Of a stretch of DNA of 32,000 nucleotides, positions 7,135 through 16,053 are shown piece after piece. This DNA is from Candidatus Saccharimonadota bacterium. GTDB taxonomy: Bacteria; Patescibacteriota; Gracilibacteria; UBA1369; 2-02-FULL-48-14. The notes below the pieces were generated by a model. It did no database searches, was not told the origin of the DNA, and saw only the letters and a program-made list of their open reading frames with translations. Each line of letters starts with the position of its first letter. Position 1 is the first letter of the stretch. The stretch covers positions 450,001-482,000 of the forward strand of contig JBAZVE010000001.1 in assembly GCA_041661045.1 (NCBI GenBank), in the 5' to 3' direction. Position numbers and translations under genes: made by a program.

Positions 7135-8409
7135 ATGAAAGCCATTTTAAGAGACTGGGTACTCAAAATCCTGCAGATTTTGGCGAAGCGGAAGCTCCGA
7201 ATCATTCGGCCCACTGTGGTGGGGATCACCGGAAGTGCGGGGAAAACCAGTGCCAAAGAGGTGATTTATGAGGTGCTCAGTCGACGATTTGTGACCAAGA
7301 AGAGTGAGAAAAATCTGAACTCTCAGTTCGGGGTGGTTCTGACCATTTTGGGACTTAAATCCGGCTATTCCTCGGCATCGGCATGGGGGAAGATTTTGCT
7401 AAAGGCCGTGGCAGATGCCTTTAAAACTCCTGAAAAATATGAAGTTTTGGTGTTGGAAATGGGGGTGGATCGACCCGGAGAAATGAGTCAGATTTTAGAG
7501 GCGGTGACCCCGGATATTATGGTGTTTTTGAATGTTAAAAATGTGCATTTGGGGGAGGGGCAATTCCCAAATCGACAAGCCATTTTTAGCGAAAAATCGA
7601 GAGCGTGTGCGGCGGTTCCCAAAGAAGGATGGGTGGTTTTGAATCATGATGATCCTTTTGTGCGGCAGCTGGAGGGGCATTTGCCCGCGCGCGCCGTGAC
7701 CATTGGGACCGAGGAGGGCAGTGATTTGCGTGCCACTTCGGTTCATATGGGCTTGGATGGGCTTGGCTTTACCCTGCAGTATGAAGACAAAGAGATGCCG
7801 GTGGTGCTGCCTCATGTGCTGGGGCGCCAACACACCACCATGGTGCTTGCCGCCATTGCGGTGGGCTTTATTCAGGGCTTGCCTTGGAAGGCCATTGATT
7901 TGGCACTGAGGGAGTATCACTTGCCGCCGGGGCGGATGAATAAGATTGAGGGGAAGGAGGGCTCTTTGATTATCGATAGTTCTTATAATGCGTCGCCGGA
8001 CACCACGGCGGCAGCGCTCGAAATTTTGAGCTTGTTCCATGGACGAAAGATTGCGGCCCTGGGCACCATGAATGAACTGGGTGAGCTCAGTGAGAGTGAG
8101 CATATTAAGATTGGGAAATTGGCGGCGGAGCACGCAGATATGCTTTTGGCGGTGGGTGAGCGGGCACGGGAACTTGCCGAAGGAGCACAGCGCGGAGGCA
8201 TGTCTGCCTCCATGATCCATACCTTTAAAAGCTCTAAAGAAGCGGGGCAATTTTTGAGCAATATTTTGGAGAGGCATGACACGGTCTTGGCCAAAGGGTC
8301 CCAAACCGGAGTTCAGATGGAACACCTGGTGAAACTGTGTATGAAAGACCCGAGCAAGGCGAGAGAGCTTTTGATTCGTCAGGAACCTTATTGGCTAAGC
8401 AAACTCTAA
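7135..8409 (+). CDS. murF: Mur ligase, MurF-like (UDP-MurNAc-tripeptide--D-Ala-D-Ala ligase)
   Basis: 424 aa. P-loop GITGSAGKTSAKE, NLNSQFGVVLT, LEMGVDRPGEM, and DSSYNASPDTTAAALEIL typical of MurF. Confidence 0.75.
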   Translation: MKAILRDWVLKILQILAKRKLRIIRPTVVGITGSAGKTSAKEVIYEVLSRRFVTKKSEKNLNSQFGVVLTILGLKSGYSSASAWGKILLKAVADAFKTPEKYEVLVLEMGVDRPGEMSQILEAVTPDIMVFLNVKNVHLGEGQFPNRQAIFSEKSRACAAVPKEGWVVLNHDDPFVRQLEGHLPARAVTIGTEEGSDLRATSVHMGLDGLGFTLQYEDKEMPVVLPHVLGRQHTTMVLAAIAVGFIQGLPWKAIDLALREYHLPPGRMNKIEGKEGSLIIDSSYNASPDTTAAALEILSLFHGRKIAALGTMNELGELSESEHIKIGKLAAEHADMLLAVGERARELAEGAQRGGMSASMIHTFKSSKEAGQFLSNILERHDTVLAKGSQTGVQMEHLVKLCMKDPSKARELLIRQEPYWLSKL

Positions 8410-9236
8410 TGTTTATTGGGCATCAAGAACTTTTTGCGGAGTTGAAGGAGGCGGCGGCCAATGGGCGGCTCCACCACGCTCAGCTTTTTGTGGGGCCGGA
8501 GCACATCGGCAAGACCAAACTCGCCCTGCTTTTGAGTGTGTTTTTGCAAGGTGCCGAGGATCAGGTGATTTTAAAAAAACAGATACTGGAAGGCGCGCAC
8601 GCGGACACGGTTTTGTTCCTGGATGCCGGGGAAGGACTCCCGATTGAAGAAGTGCGAAACATCGTGGCGCGTGCCGCACAAAGCCACAGCAGTCCTTACC
8701 TTATTTTTGTGATCGAGAACATCGGCCGGATGAAGGTGGAGGCGGCCAATGCCTTGCTCAAAACTCTGGAAGAGCCCGGTGAAGGTGTGTTTTTCTTTTT
8801 AACGGCGAATCGGGATGAAGCGGTGTTGCCCACCATTGAGTCCCGCTGCCACCGAGTGGAGTTCCAAACCGTACCGGAACGAGAGCTCAAGGTGATGACG
8901 GACGGCCATGTGTTTGAGGATCAGCTCCTGTTTTTTGCCATGGGCCGACCCGGAAAGTTGAAGCGACTGCTGGAGGACGCGGCCTACTTTGAAGCGCATC
9001 AAACGGCCCTCCAAGACATCCTTGGCTTTTTGGAAAACCCCCAAACTGGCCGCGTTTTTGACCTGGTGCGGAAGTTTGAAGGGAGTGAATTTCTTGGGGA
9101 AACGCTTGACATCCTTCTCCGTCGTGCGAGAACATGGGAGCTCATGGAGCGCACCGAGGAGAGCAAAAAGCTCCTCGATGAAAATGTGAATCGCAAATTG
9201 GTCTTGGAAAATCTTTTACTCTCGTTTGTACCCTAA
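8409..9236 (+). CDS. holB: DNA polymerase III delta-prime subunit (HolB-like AAA+ clamp-loader subunit)
   Basis: Motifs LHHAQLFVGPEHIGKTKLA, ANALLKTLEEP and SRC. I chose the internal ATG 8409, which overlaps the murF stop (TAATG), over the track start at 8337, which would overlap murF by 73 nt. Confidence 0.75.
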   Translation: MFIGHQELFAELKEAAANGRLHHAQLFVGPEHIGKTKLALLLSVFLQGAEDQVILKKQILEGAHADTVLFLDAGEGLPIEEVRNIVARAAQSHSSPYLIFVIENIGRMKVEAANALLKTLEEPGEGVFFFLTANRDEAVLPTIESRCHRVEFQTVPERELKVMTDGHVFEDQLLFFAMGRPGKLKRLLEDAAYFEAHQTALQDILGFLENPQTGRVFDLVRKFEGSEFLGETLDILLRRARTWELMERTEESKKLLDENVNRKLVLENLLLSFVP

Positions 9237-9239
9237 ACT

Positions 9240-9998
9240 ATGCTTGCTTGGCTCCTTCTCATCACTTCCGGTCTCAGCCTTCTGCTCATTTTTTTCCGCC
9301 GGCTTCGCATGACTCAAAAAGACCTCATTTTTCAAGAAACTTTGGATAAGGAGGAGGAAGAGGCTGTAGAGGAGGCCACTCAAGAAGAAGAGTTCAACCA
9401 AGCGGAAGTGGATGATGAAAAAACTGAACTTTTGGGAAGCGTGCGCAAAACTTTTTTGACGGCCGATACGCACATGAGCCGCAAGGAATTCGATGAGGCG
9501 GAGCCTTTGCTGCTGGCCGTGATTGACGCGGAACCGAACCACCTGGAAGCTCACCACAAATTGGGGCTTTTGTTCATGAAGCAGGGGGATTTTGGGCAAG
9601 CGGAACTGTACTTTTCCAAGCTCGTGAACCTGAAGCAGGATCCGGTGTATTTCAGCAATCTTGGGGCGGCGCTGTATCAGCAACAACGGCTGGTGGAGGC
9701 TGCCGAGGCGTACGAAAACGCCATTGCCCTGGATGATAAACGAGGAGAACGGCTGCAAAGCCTGGGCCAGGTTTATTTTGAACTCGGCGAAGACGACAAA
9801 GCCCTGCACTATTTTGAACGCGCCGCCCGCCGTAAACCTAAAGACATCGAGCTCAAGCTCATTTTGGCCGATTACTACGAACGATTGGTTCGTTTGGATG
9901 AAGCCATCGATACGCTGGGAGGCATCTTGGAACTGGACCCCTACAACGAAGAGGTCAAAAAACGGCTACGACTTCTAAAAAAGAAGGCGGGGGAATAG
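9240..9998 (+). CDS. membrane-anchored TPR-repeat protein
   Basis: 252 aa with an N-terminal TM helix (MLAWLLLITSGLSLLLIFF), an acidic linker, then four or more TPR-like 34-aa repeats (AHHKLGLLFMKQGDFGQAELYFSKLV..., EAYENAIALD..., ALHYFERAARRKP...). Confidence 0.8.
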   Translation: MLAWLLLITSGLSLLLIFFRRLRMTQKDLIFQETLDKEEEEAVEEATQEEEFNQAEVDDEKTELLGSVRKTFLTADTHMSRKEFDEAEPLLLAVIDAEPNHLEAHHKLGLLFMKQGDFGQAELYFSKLVNLKQDPVYFSNLGAALYQQQRLVEAAEAYENAIALDDKRGERLQSLGQVYFELGEDDKALHYFERAARRKPKDIELKLILADYYERLVRLDEAIDTLGGILELDPYNEEVKKRLRLLKKKAGE

Positions 9999-10002
9999 GC
10001 TC

Positions 10003-10031
10003 TTGACAATATATGAAAACCATACTATGAT
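10003..10031 (+). promoter_or_regulatory. near-consensus sigma70 promoter of the 10046/10829 gene pair
   Basis: TTGACA (10003..10008), a 17-nt spacer, then TATGAT (10026..10031). ATG 10046 lies 14 nt downstream, so the leader is very short. Confidence 0.6.
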
Positions 10032-10045
10032 TCGCTCCTTTTAAC

Positions 10046-10795
10046 ATGCCTATCATGTCTGAAACCCTTAGACGCCCCGATGAGCTGGTTCCATTGCTTG
10101 CTCAACTTATCAAGCACTCCTCTCCTAATCATGGCTTATCTCTTCCGGGTACTGACCATACGGGGAAAACTACAGGGCATGAGGTGTTTGGCAACCTTGT
10201 TGACCCTCAAGATGGCGCGAGCTCATATCTTCACGCCAACTTGCCGGCCTCTGTGACGGATGGGACTTTTAAGGAAGTCCTTCGTCGTCCTGATGGAAGT
10301 TCTAAGAATGTCGTTCGTCGTCCTAATGGGACTTTTGCGAAGCCCGCTAGTCGTTTTGATGGGCAAAATTCTTGCCGTCTAGAAGTTGGCATTGGAAGGG
10401 TTTGGCATCTAAAACATAATAGTGAAGCAATTGTTTTGTCTTATCTTGAAGACGGTAAATGGTGCCATCTTCGTGAGGATGGAAGCAATAGTGGGTGGAC
10501 TGGTGGACGGCCCGCTTTAGATGCAGAGACTTTCCGTTCCCGTTATGATGCGCTGTTTCATATGCTTGAAAATGTACGGGGTGGTTTTGATGGGCTAACT
10601 GAACGAGTATTGGGCGTGCACCCTAGGGGCCTTACGGCAGAAAAGGTGCGGGAAGTGCATGAGTCCATCGAAAGGTTATGGGCAGGGGTAGTTGATCCAG
10701 TGGACTTGAACCAGGTGCCTCTTCTTACTCGCAGTGCTATGACGAGAGAGAAAATCCTGCGCACTGCCGAGGAAGCTTTTTGGGCTAATGCTTAA
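10046..10795 (+). CDS. hypothetical cytoplasmic protein with RRP(D/N)G short repeats
   Basis: 249-aa ORF with no signal peptide. It carries repeated LRRPDE / LRRPDGSSKN / VRRPNGTFAK motifs. No family recognised. AT-richer than the core genes. Confidence 0.6.
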   Translation: MPIMSETLRRPDELVPLLAQLIKHSSPNHGLSLPGTDHTGKTTGHEVFGNLVDPQDGASSYLHANLPASVTDGTFKEVLRRPDGSSKNVVRRPNGTFAKPASRFDGQNSCRLEVGIGRVWHLKHNSEAIVLSYLEDGKWCHLREDGSNSGWTGGRPALDAETFRSRYDALFHMLENVRGGFDGLTERVLGVHPRGLTAEKVREVHESIERLWAGVVDPVDLNQVPLLTRSAMTREKILRTAEEAFWANA

Positions 10796-10828
10796 ACTCT
10801 ATTTCTCGGCCTTATCAAACAATGACTT

Positions 10829-11860
10829 ATGAGCAATCGACTTGGTCTTTTACTGACAGGAGGGTTGCTCGCATTGGCGGGAGCAAAAGAAGTAGAGGGA
10901 AGTCCCAAAGACAAATGCGGGTGGCGCCCTCCGGAGCAGGGGGTTGTGCTTGCCGAACGGTGTGATATTGCAGGTGCTGTACAAACCATCGTCTATATTA
11001 TGGACGAGCACCCCGAAACCCAAGAGGGTCTTTTGGTTCAAAGGGATAATTTTGCTATTCTTCAAGATTTGGTTCGTCGAAGAGGGTCTTTCCCTCTGGT
11101 ACAAGAAAACTTCTCCGAAAAATCCTTGGAGGGATGGATTGCCAGCTCGCGGGGCGTGCCCAAAGACCATCCCTATCGCGATGCTTTTCTGCCTCTTGTG
11201 GAACTCTACGACTTGCCTGCCCGCAAAAGGCCTCGAGAGGCGGAGACACTGGTTGGGATTGTACCTGTAATAGCCAGCATGGCTGCTGCCGTTGCTTACC
11301 CTAAAGATATTCGTCTGGTTGCACCACAATATGATAAAGCGCTTGAAAGAGAGTCTCTTGAGCTTTTGCGAAACGCTGATGAGGGCCTGGCTATGTTCGA
11401 TACCCCTGGCCAATCTTTTTGTGCCTCAGGGGGTGAGCTTTATACTCTCTCACAACTCATACGGGCGACGGAGGCTGACACACTGAGTCCCGAGGGACAG
11501 GATTGTTTTTGTGGACTCTTGAATCAGATTGAGGAGGATAATAATAGGGGGTCTCAACTTAGAAGAACGGTCGTTGCCGAAGGTGAAGCTCAAACGGCTC
11601 TTGGTTTTGGTGAAGATTTTGTGGTTGTTTATGCGGGTGCGGCGCACGCCCTCAGTGCGAAGTCCGCTTTTGATGCCGCGGGGGTAAATTATAGATTTGT
11701 AAGTGCAAAATCGGGGTCAGCGTCTGCGAAAGTGTTTACCATGCAAGGAGATGATGTCCTAAGTCTGGATGAAATCCACACGAATAGTAACGGTGTGAAT
11801 GTTTGTGATGGCTGGACATCCAGTGGTGACCATCAATGGCTGAACCTTGGCGGGTTTTAA
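10829..11860 (+). CDS. secreted hypothetical protein, weak Tiki/TraB/ChaN-superfamily-like motifs
   Basis: 343 aa with signal peptide MSNRLGLLLTGGLLALAGA|K. The motifs IVYIMDEHPE ... PLVQENF ... VVVYAGAAHAL recall the GxxH...E...GxxH pattern of that superfamily. The first Gly is missing, so the functional label is low confidence. Confidence 0.55.
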   Translation: MSNRLGLLLTGGLLALAGAKEVEGSPKDKCGWRPPEQGVVLAERCDIAGAVQTIVYIMDEHPETQEGLLVQRDNFAILQDLVRRRGSFPLVQENFSEKSLEGWIASSRGVPKDHPYRDAFLPLVELYDLPARKRPREAETLVGIVPVIASMAAAVAYPKDIRLVAPQYDKALERESLELLRNADEGLAMFDTPGQSFCASGGELYTLSQLIRATEADTLSPEGQDCFCGLLNQIEEDNNRGSQLRRTVVAEGEAQTALGFGEDFVVVYAGAAHALSAKSAFDAAGVNYRFVSAKSGSASAKVFTMQGDDVLSLDEIHTNSNGVNVCDGWTSSGDHQWLNLGGF

Positions 11861-13684
11861 CTACTCGCTGGCACCCTCTAAATACTTGGCGGGGCGGGCT
11901 TCGTAGGCGGAGTGGATGTTTTCGCGCACGCCACTGGCGGTGGCGGCGTAGGGGCTGATGATGAAGTTGGGGTCGGTGAGCTGGTCTTCGGTGTAAGTGG
12001 GGTAAAGCACGGTGCGGTACCAGTCGGTTTTGAAGCCGGTGTGGGCGTAGGAGTCCAGCACGCGCTCGCCGGGGGCGAGTTCGTCGGTTATGGTGATTTG
12101 GGGCGTGCTGATGGAAGTGTAGTCGTAACTGTAAGGACCTTCCATGGTCACGGTGCGGCCGTCGTTGGTTCCATAAAATACGAAGTAGGCGTCGAAGCCA
12201 TCGGTGTAGCCTTGAATGAGGAGATCGGCGGGGGTGTCGTTCATGAAGCGGAGATCCGGATTGGGATCGTAGACGGTGGCGTCCAGGCCGTAACCGTACG
12301 GGTAGGCGTAGTAGGAAACCGCATAGGAGTGATTTTTGCGCGCGGTGATGGGGAGGCCGCTGTAGAGGGCGGCGCGGAACATGGTGGAAGACACTTGGCA
12401 AAGGCCGCCGCCGTATTCGGGGATGGTTTCATCGCCTTTGATCACGAGTTCGGGGAGCCAGCCGTGGGCGGCATCGATGGGGCCCATGAGACCGGTGAAA
12501 GAAAATTCCGCCCCTTGTTCAATAATGATGCTGTTGAATTGCTGAAAGCCGCGATTCACATTGGCGATTCGATTGGTGGGTGAGGTTTTGTAAGTGGAAT
12601 AGCCCACGCCCACAAGCTCCGTGATGCCGCGCTCTTTGAGGGAATCGGGGACGGTGATTTCCGGTTTAGTTTGAATGAGGGGGAGGGCAATGGAAGAAGC
12701 GGGCTCCTCTTCCGTGGGTTCTGTTTGGAGCGCATTAAAAAGTGCGGTTCGCAGCTCGGTTTTATCGATTTCTCGGCCAAATCGGGCGCTGCCGGTGAAT
12801 TCATAAGATCCGTCTTCTTTTTCTGTGATCACAACAGGAAGCGGGTCTTGTTCCACTTCCGGCACGAGGGTGTTTTCTACAAATGTGATGAAGGGCGCTT
12901 CGTTGATTTCCCATTCCGCTCCCGTGCTGCTGAATTCCGTGACGGGCTTGATCCAATCGATGTGATCGATCATCGCCAAATCCCAAGAGTCCCCGTATTC
13001 ATCGGTGAGAGTGAAGCTGCGCTTTGCAAATTTTTCCGCGAGAGGGAGAAGGGATTCGAGTTCCGCCGTGCGGATGGCGGGTTCGCTGGTGAGCAAGGGG
13101 AGGGTGTCGGAGGCGGGAACGGTGGCTCCATTCTCCCAATATCCTTCGATTTGTTTGGTGAGGGTTTTGAGATCTATTCCATATCCTATTTGCTCTTCCA
13201 GAATCACGACTTGTCCATTCTCCACACCAAAGCTTGCATCTTTATTTCCCTGCTCAATTCCGGTCTCGGCGAAAGCGGTTTTGAGTGCTTGCTCCGAGAT
13301 GGTGAGGGTGGGGCTCAAATTTTGCCCAAAAAGATAGAGGGTGATTTTGTCGAGGGCGTTGGCATCCGTTGGGAAATTGAGCAGATATTGAACGCTGTCT
13401 TCGCTTTGTGCATCCACGCCGAGGGCTCCGAGAGAAGTGGTGATTTGGCCGCGCTCGGAGACGAGAGTGAGGGGAGCGGTGAGGAAGTTTTCTTCTTCAA
13501 TTTGTAGGGCGAGCGCGGCCTCTTCAAACGAAGAGTATGCGGAAAAATCCACTTGGTCGGCGTGTATTCTGCTTAAAAAGTGGGCATCGGGGAGCTTTGT
13601 GATGTGGTAAGCCGCCGCAACAAAAGAAAGCAGCCCCACGGAGAGCAAAGCTCCGGCAAGCACTTGAGTCTGACTTCTAGTCAT
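11861..13684 (-). CDS. VanW-domain protein, membrane anchored
   Basis: 607 aa with an N-terminal TM segment (VLAGALLSVGLLSFVAAAY). C-terminal VanW block: NRIANVNRGFQQFNSIIIEQGAEFSF...GGGLCQVSSTMFRAALYSGLPITARKNHSY. Confidence 0.85.
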   Translation of the reverse strand: MTRSQTQVLAGALLSVGLLSFVAAAYHITKLPDAHFLSRIHADQVDFSAYSSFEEAALALQIEEENFLTAPLTLVSERGQITTSLGALGVDAQSEDSVQYLLNFPTDANALDKITLYLFGQNLSPTLTISEQALKTAFAETGIEQGNKDASFGVENGQVVILEEQIGYGIDLKTLTKQIEGYWENGATVPASDTLPLLTSEPAIRTAELESLLPLAEKFAKRSFTLTDEYGDSWDLAMIDHIDWIKPVTEFSSTGAEWEINEAPFITFVENTLVPEVEQDPLPVVITEKEDGSYEFTGSARFGREIDKTELRTALFNALQTEPTEEEPASSIALPLIQTKPEITVPDSLKERGITELVGVGYSTYKTSPTNRIANVNRGFQQFNSIIIEQGAEFSFTGLMGPIDAAHGWLPELVIKGDETIPEYGGGLCQVSSTMFRAALYSGLPITARKNHSYAVSYYAYPYGYGLDATVYDPNPDLRFMNDTPADLLIQGYTDGFDAYFVFYGTNDGRTVTMEGPYSYDYTSISTPQITITDELAPGERVLDSYAHTGFKTDWYRTVLYPTYTEDQLTDPNFIISPYAATASGVRENIHSAYEARPAKYLEGASE

Positions 13685-13979
13685 GATCTAGGGATTTGGA
13701 TGTGGGTCCGCTTGGAGGCAAAATTTCCATTTCGTTTGGAATTTCCTTCATGTCCACCGCAGCCTTTGGGCTGGATTTGAGTTTGTGGATCGCCTTTTTT
13801 AGCAGTTTTTTACCCAGTTTTAAAAGTCCCGTGCCGGTTTCTTTGGCCACTTCACGCGTTTCACTTCCTTTCTTTGGCGCCAATCCCATTCCGATGGCGG
13901 ATCCGATGGCCGTGCCCAAAATGGCACCCATGATGATGTCATCCATGCTGGATTTCTTCTTTCCATTTTCTTCAGACAT
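13677..13979 (-). CDS. YtxH-like small membrane/stress protein
   Basis: 100 aa. The glycine-zipper helix IIMGAILGTAIGSAIGMGLAPKKGSETRE matches the YtxH signature (GxxxGxxxGxLxAPKSGxETR). It overlaps the VanW start by 8 nt. Confidence 0.7.
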   Translation of the reverse strand: MSEENGKKKSSMDDIIMGAILGTAIGSAIGMGLAPKKGSETREVAKETGTGLLKLGKKLLKKAIHKLKSSPKAAVDMKEIPNEMEILPPSGPTSKSLDHD

Positions 13980-14014
13980 AAGTCGGGGGTTATTTGTGGA
14001 GCTTATTGATGTTG

Positions 14015-14050
14015 CTTGCGCAACTTTATTGCTTAGGCACTGAAGTGCCT
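14015..14050. repeat. 36-nt intergenic element, copy 1 (CTTGCGC-N4-TTATTGCTT-AGGCAC-TGAA-GTGCCT)
   Basis: The 25-nt core ttattgcttaggcactgaagtgcct (14026..14050) is identical to 23955..23979. It contains the perfect palindrome AGGCAC/GTGCCT. A CTTGCGC heptamer lies exactly 4 nt upstream in both copies. It abuts the rny stop codon (14049..14051). Confidence 0.85.
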
Positions 14051-15605
14051 ACTTGCGAGGCTTATGCAGTTCACGGGCATAGTCCACAGATTTGGTGGTG
14101 CGGATCAAGTTTACCTTGATCACTCCCGGGAAGGCAACTTCCTCTTCGATTTTGTCCGCCATGCTCTCCGCCAGGGCTTGCATGTCTGAATCTTGGATGC
14201 GGTCGCGGTCCACCATCACGCGAAGTTCACGCCCCGCCGACATGGCGAAGACTCGGTTCACGCCCTTAAAGGACATGGCCGCTTCTTCCAGTTTTTGGAT
14301 GCGCTCAAAATAGTTGGTCACCGACTCTTGGCGCGCACCCGGGCGGCCTCCCGATATGGCATCCACTGCTTTCACAATAAAATCTTCCGGTGCCACGCAG
14401 GGCACTTTGTCGTGATGCGCAAAGGCCGCGTGAACAATGCGGGGGTCGTAGCCGTGTTTTTCTAAAATCTCTTTGGAAAGGTCGTCGTGCGCGCCTCCCA
14501 CATCATGATCGATGGCTTTGCCAATGTCGTGATAAAAGGCTGCTTGCATCGCCACTTGCGTGTCCGCTCCAATCGCATCCGCGATCATGCGAGCGGCAAA
14601 GGCCATCTCGTTGGAGTGGCCCGTAACATTTTGTCCGTAACTGGTTCGCAGGTAGAGTCGTCCGGTGTAGTTCACCAACTCGGCGGGGGTGGTTTTGGGG
14701 TCCAGACCCAAGAGTTTGAGGGATTCTGCTCCTTTCTGATCGCAAAGTGCCATGATTTCCTTGTCCGCCTCATCCACCGCTTGCTTAATGAGTTCGTGAT
14801 CGATGGACCCTTTCTTTTTTGCCAGCGTCTGAAGTTTTTCGATGGCTCGTTTGGCGATATTTCTTCGAATTAAATTCACTCCACCCACATGAATGGTTTG
14901 AGGGTTTCCAAGGTTGAAGATGATGGATACTGGCAGCAGGGATTCGAAATATTCCACATTGATTCCATTTTTTCCAACCAAGAGTCCCTTGAACTTGTCG
15001 TCTTTTACTGTGATGGAGGTGTTGTTTTTATCCACCGAACTGCCCACGCCCAAGCGTTGGATCACAATTTGCAAAATGGATTTGGCATGTCGGGATGCGT
15101 CTTCTTCCAAGTCTTCAAGCGCTTGTTTTTTGCGTGCTTCCGCGTTGGTTTGGATGAGCTCGTCCAGGTTGGCCCGGGCTTCTTCCAGGGCTTTTTCTGG
15201 CGTGAGTTTGCTGCGTTTGCCCAGTTCCTCCACCGTCTTTTTGCCGAGCTCTTCCTCAGCCTTTGAAAGTTGTTCCAAGTCCGCCTTGAGGCGCTGTACT
15301 TGCTCTTCCACCCCTTTGTTTCGGTCTTCTCTCCGTTTTAGAATTTCCTCTTTTTGATTGATGAGTTTTTCGCTTTTCTCCAGTGTTTCTTCCATGCTGG
15401 CTTCCTCCGCTGCAAAGGCTTTCTGCATGGCCAAGATGCGTTCTTTATTCTCATGAGCGATTTGCTTTGCCTCCGCCTCCGCTTCCTTGAGCTTCTGCTC
15501 CGCGTCTTTTAGGTCTCCCGTTTCTTGTGGATGAATTAAAAAGTAGGCTGCGGCACCCGAAATTCCGGCGGCGATGAGGGCGACAAAAAGGCTGAGAAGT
15601 GACAT
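14049..15605 (-). CDS. rny: ribonuclease Y
   Basis: 518 aa with an N-terminal TM helix, a long coiled coil, a KH region (LLVGKNGINV) and an HD domain (FYHDIGKAIDH...FAHHD). Confidence 0.95.
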   Translation of the reverse strand: MSLLSLFVALIAAGISGAAAYFLIHPQETGDLKDAEQKLKEAEAEAKQIAHENKERILAMQKAFAAEEASMEETLEKSEKLINQKEEILKRREDRNKGVEEQVQRLKADLEQLSKAEEELGKKTVEELGKRSKLTPEKALEEARANLDELIQTNAEARKKQALEDLEEDASRHAKSILQIVIQRLGVGSSVDKNNTSITVKDDKFKGLLVGKNGINVEYFESLLPVSIIFNLGNPQTIHVGGVNLIRRNIAKRAIEKLQTLAKKKGSIDHELIKQAVDEADKEIMALCDQKGAESLKLLGLDPKTTPAELVNYTGRLYLRTSYGQNVTGHSNEMAFAARMIADAIGADTQVAMQAAFYHDIGKAIDHDVGGAHDDLSKEILEKHGYDPRIVHAAFAHHDKVPCVAPEDFIVKAVDAISGGRPGARQESVTNYFERIQKLEEAAMSFKGVNRVFAMSAGRELRVMVDRDRIQDSDMQALAESMADKIEEEVAFPGVIKVNLIRTTKSVDYARELHKPRK

Positions 15606-15636
15606 AGAATTGAATTTACCCGCATTTTAGCTTAAG

Positions 15637-16053
15637 ATGCGGCCAATCGTAAAGCATATGCATTCACTAGAAGAAGCTAAAGGTCCGCGGCCCGATAGGG
15701 TTTTTGTTTTGCCGGACAGTTTTTTATGCTCCTCCGAGAAGCGCTTGCTGGATTTTAGTGAGTTTGTGTGGTTTTTTTGTGATAAATATAAACTGGACCC
15801 TGCTGTGGAACTGGCTTCGGAGGAGTGGCAAGACCAGCCCCATCCCAAAGCGAAGTGGGGGAGCTGGGCCGGTTATGGACGAAAAGGGCTTGAGGCTGTT
15901 TATGCGCAATACTGCAAAAGACATAGGGAGGAATGCCTCTACCGCGAAGAAGTGTTGGCGGAAGACCAAGCTCTAAGCTTCCCCCCGACATTTATACAAA
16001 CATTCCAAGAAGTTCGAAAAGTAGTGACTGCGGCCCTAAGCTTACTCATTTAA
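15637..16053 (+). CDS. hypothetical protein
   Basis: A 138-aa ORF fills the gap between rny and the cysteine desulfurase gene. No family recognised. Three other ORFs of 78-90 aa overlap it in other frames, so coding status and start (15637 or ATG 15658) are uncertain. Confidence 0.4.
   Translation: MRPIVKHMHSLEEAKGPRPDRVFVLPDSFLCSSEKRLLDFSEFVWFFCDKYKLDPAVELASEEWQDQPHPKAKWGSWAGYGRKGLEAVYAQYCKRHREECLYREEVLAEDQALSFPPTFIQTFQEVRKVVTAALSLLI

Noticed and set aside
7495-8325. 276-aa minus-strand ORF inside murF
   Set aside because: It is antisense to a clearly recognisable Mur ligase. The product is R/H/Q-rich with no domain features.
8337-8408. Longer HolB start at ATG 8337 given by the ORF track
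   Set aside because: It would overlap murF by 73 nt and add a non-homologous N-terminus. ATG 8409 overlaps the murF stop (TAATG) and begins at the conserved region.
11736-13507. ORFs of 221 aa (-), 223 aa (+) and 278 aa (+) overlapping the VanW gene
   Set aside because: The VanW frame carries the conserved domain. The alternatives are R/H/P- or G/E-rich shadow ORFs.
15606-15660. Promoters for rny (TAAAAT 22 nt upstream, or TAAATT 7 nt upstream of ATG 15605) and for ORF 15637 (TTGAAT-17-TAAGAT overlapping its ATG)
   Set aside because: Several mutually incompatible weak candidates exist and none has a good -35 box. They are left unannotated.
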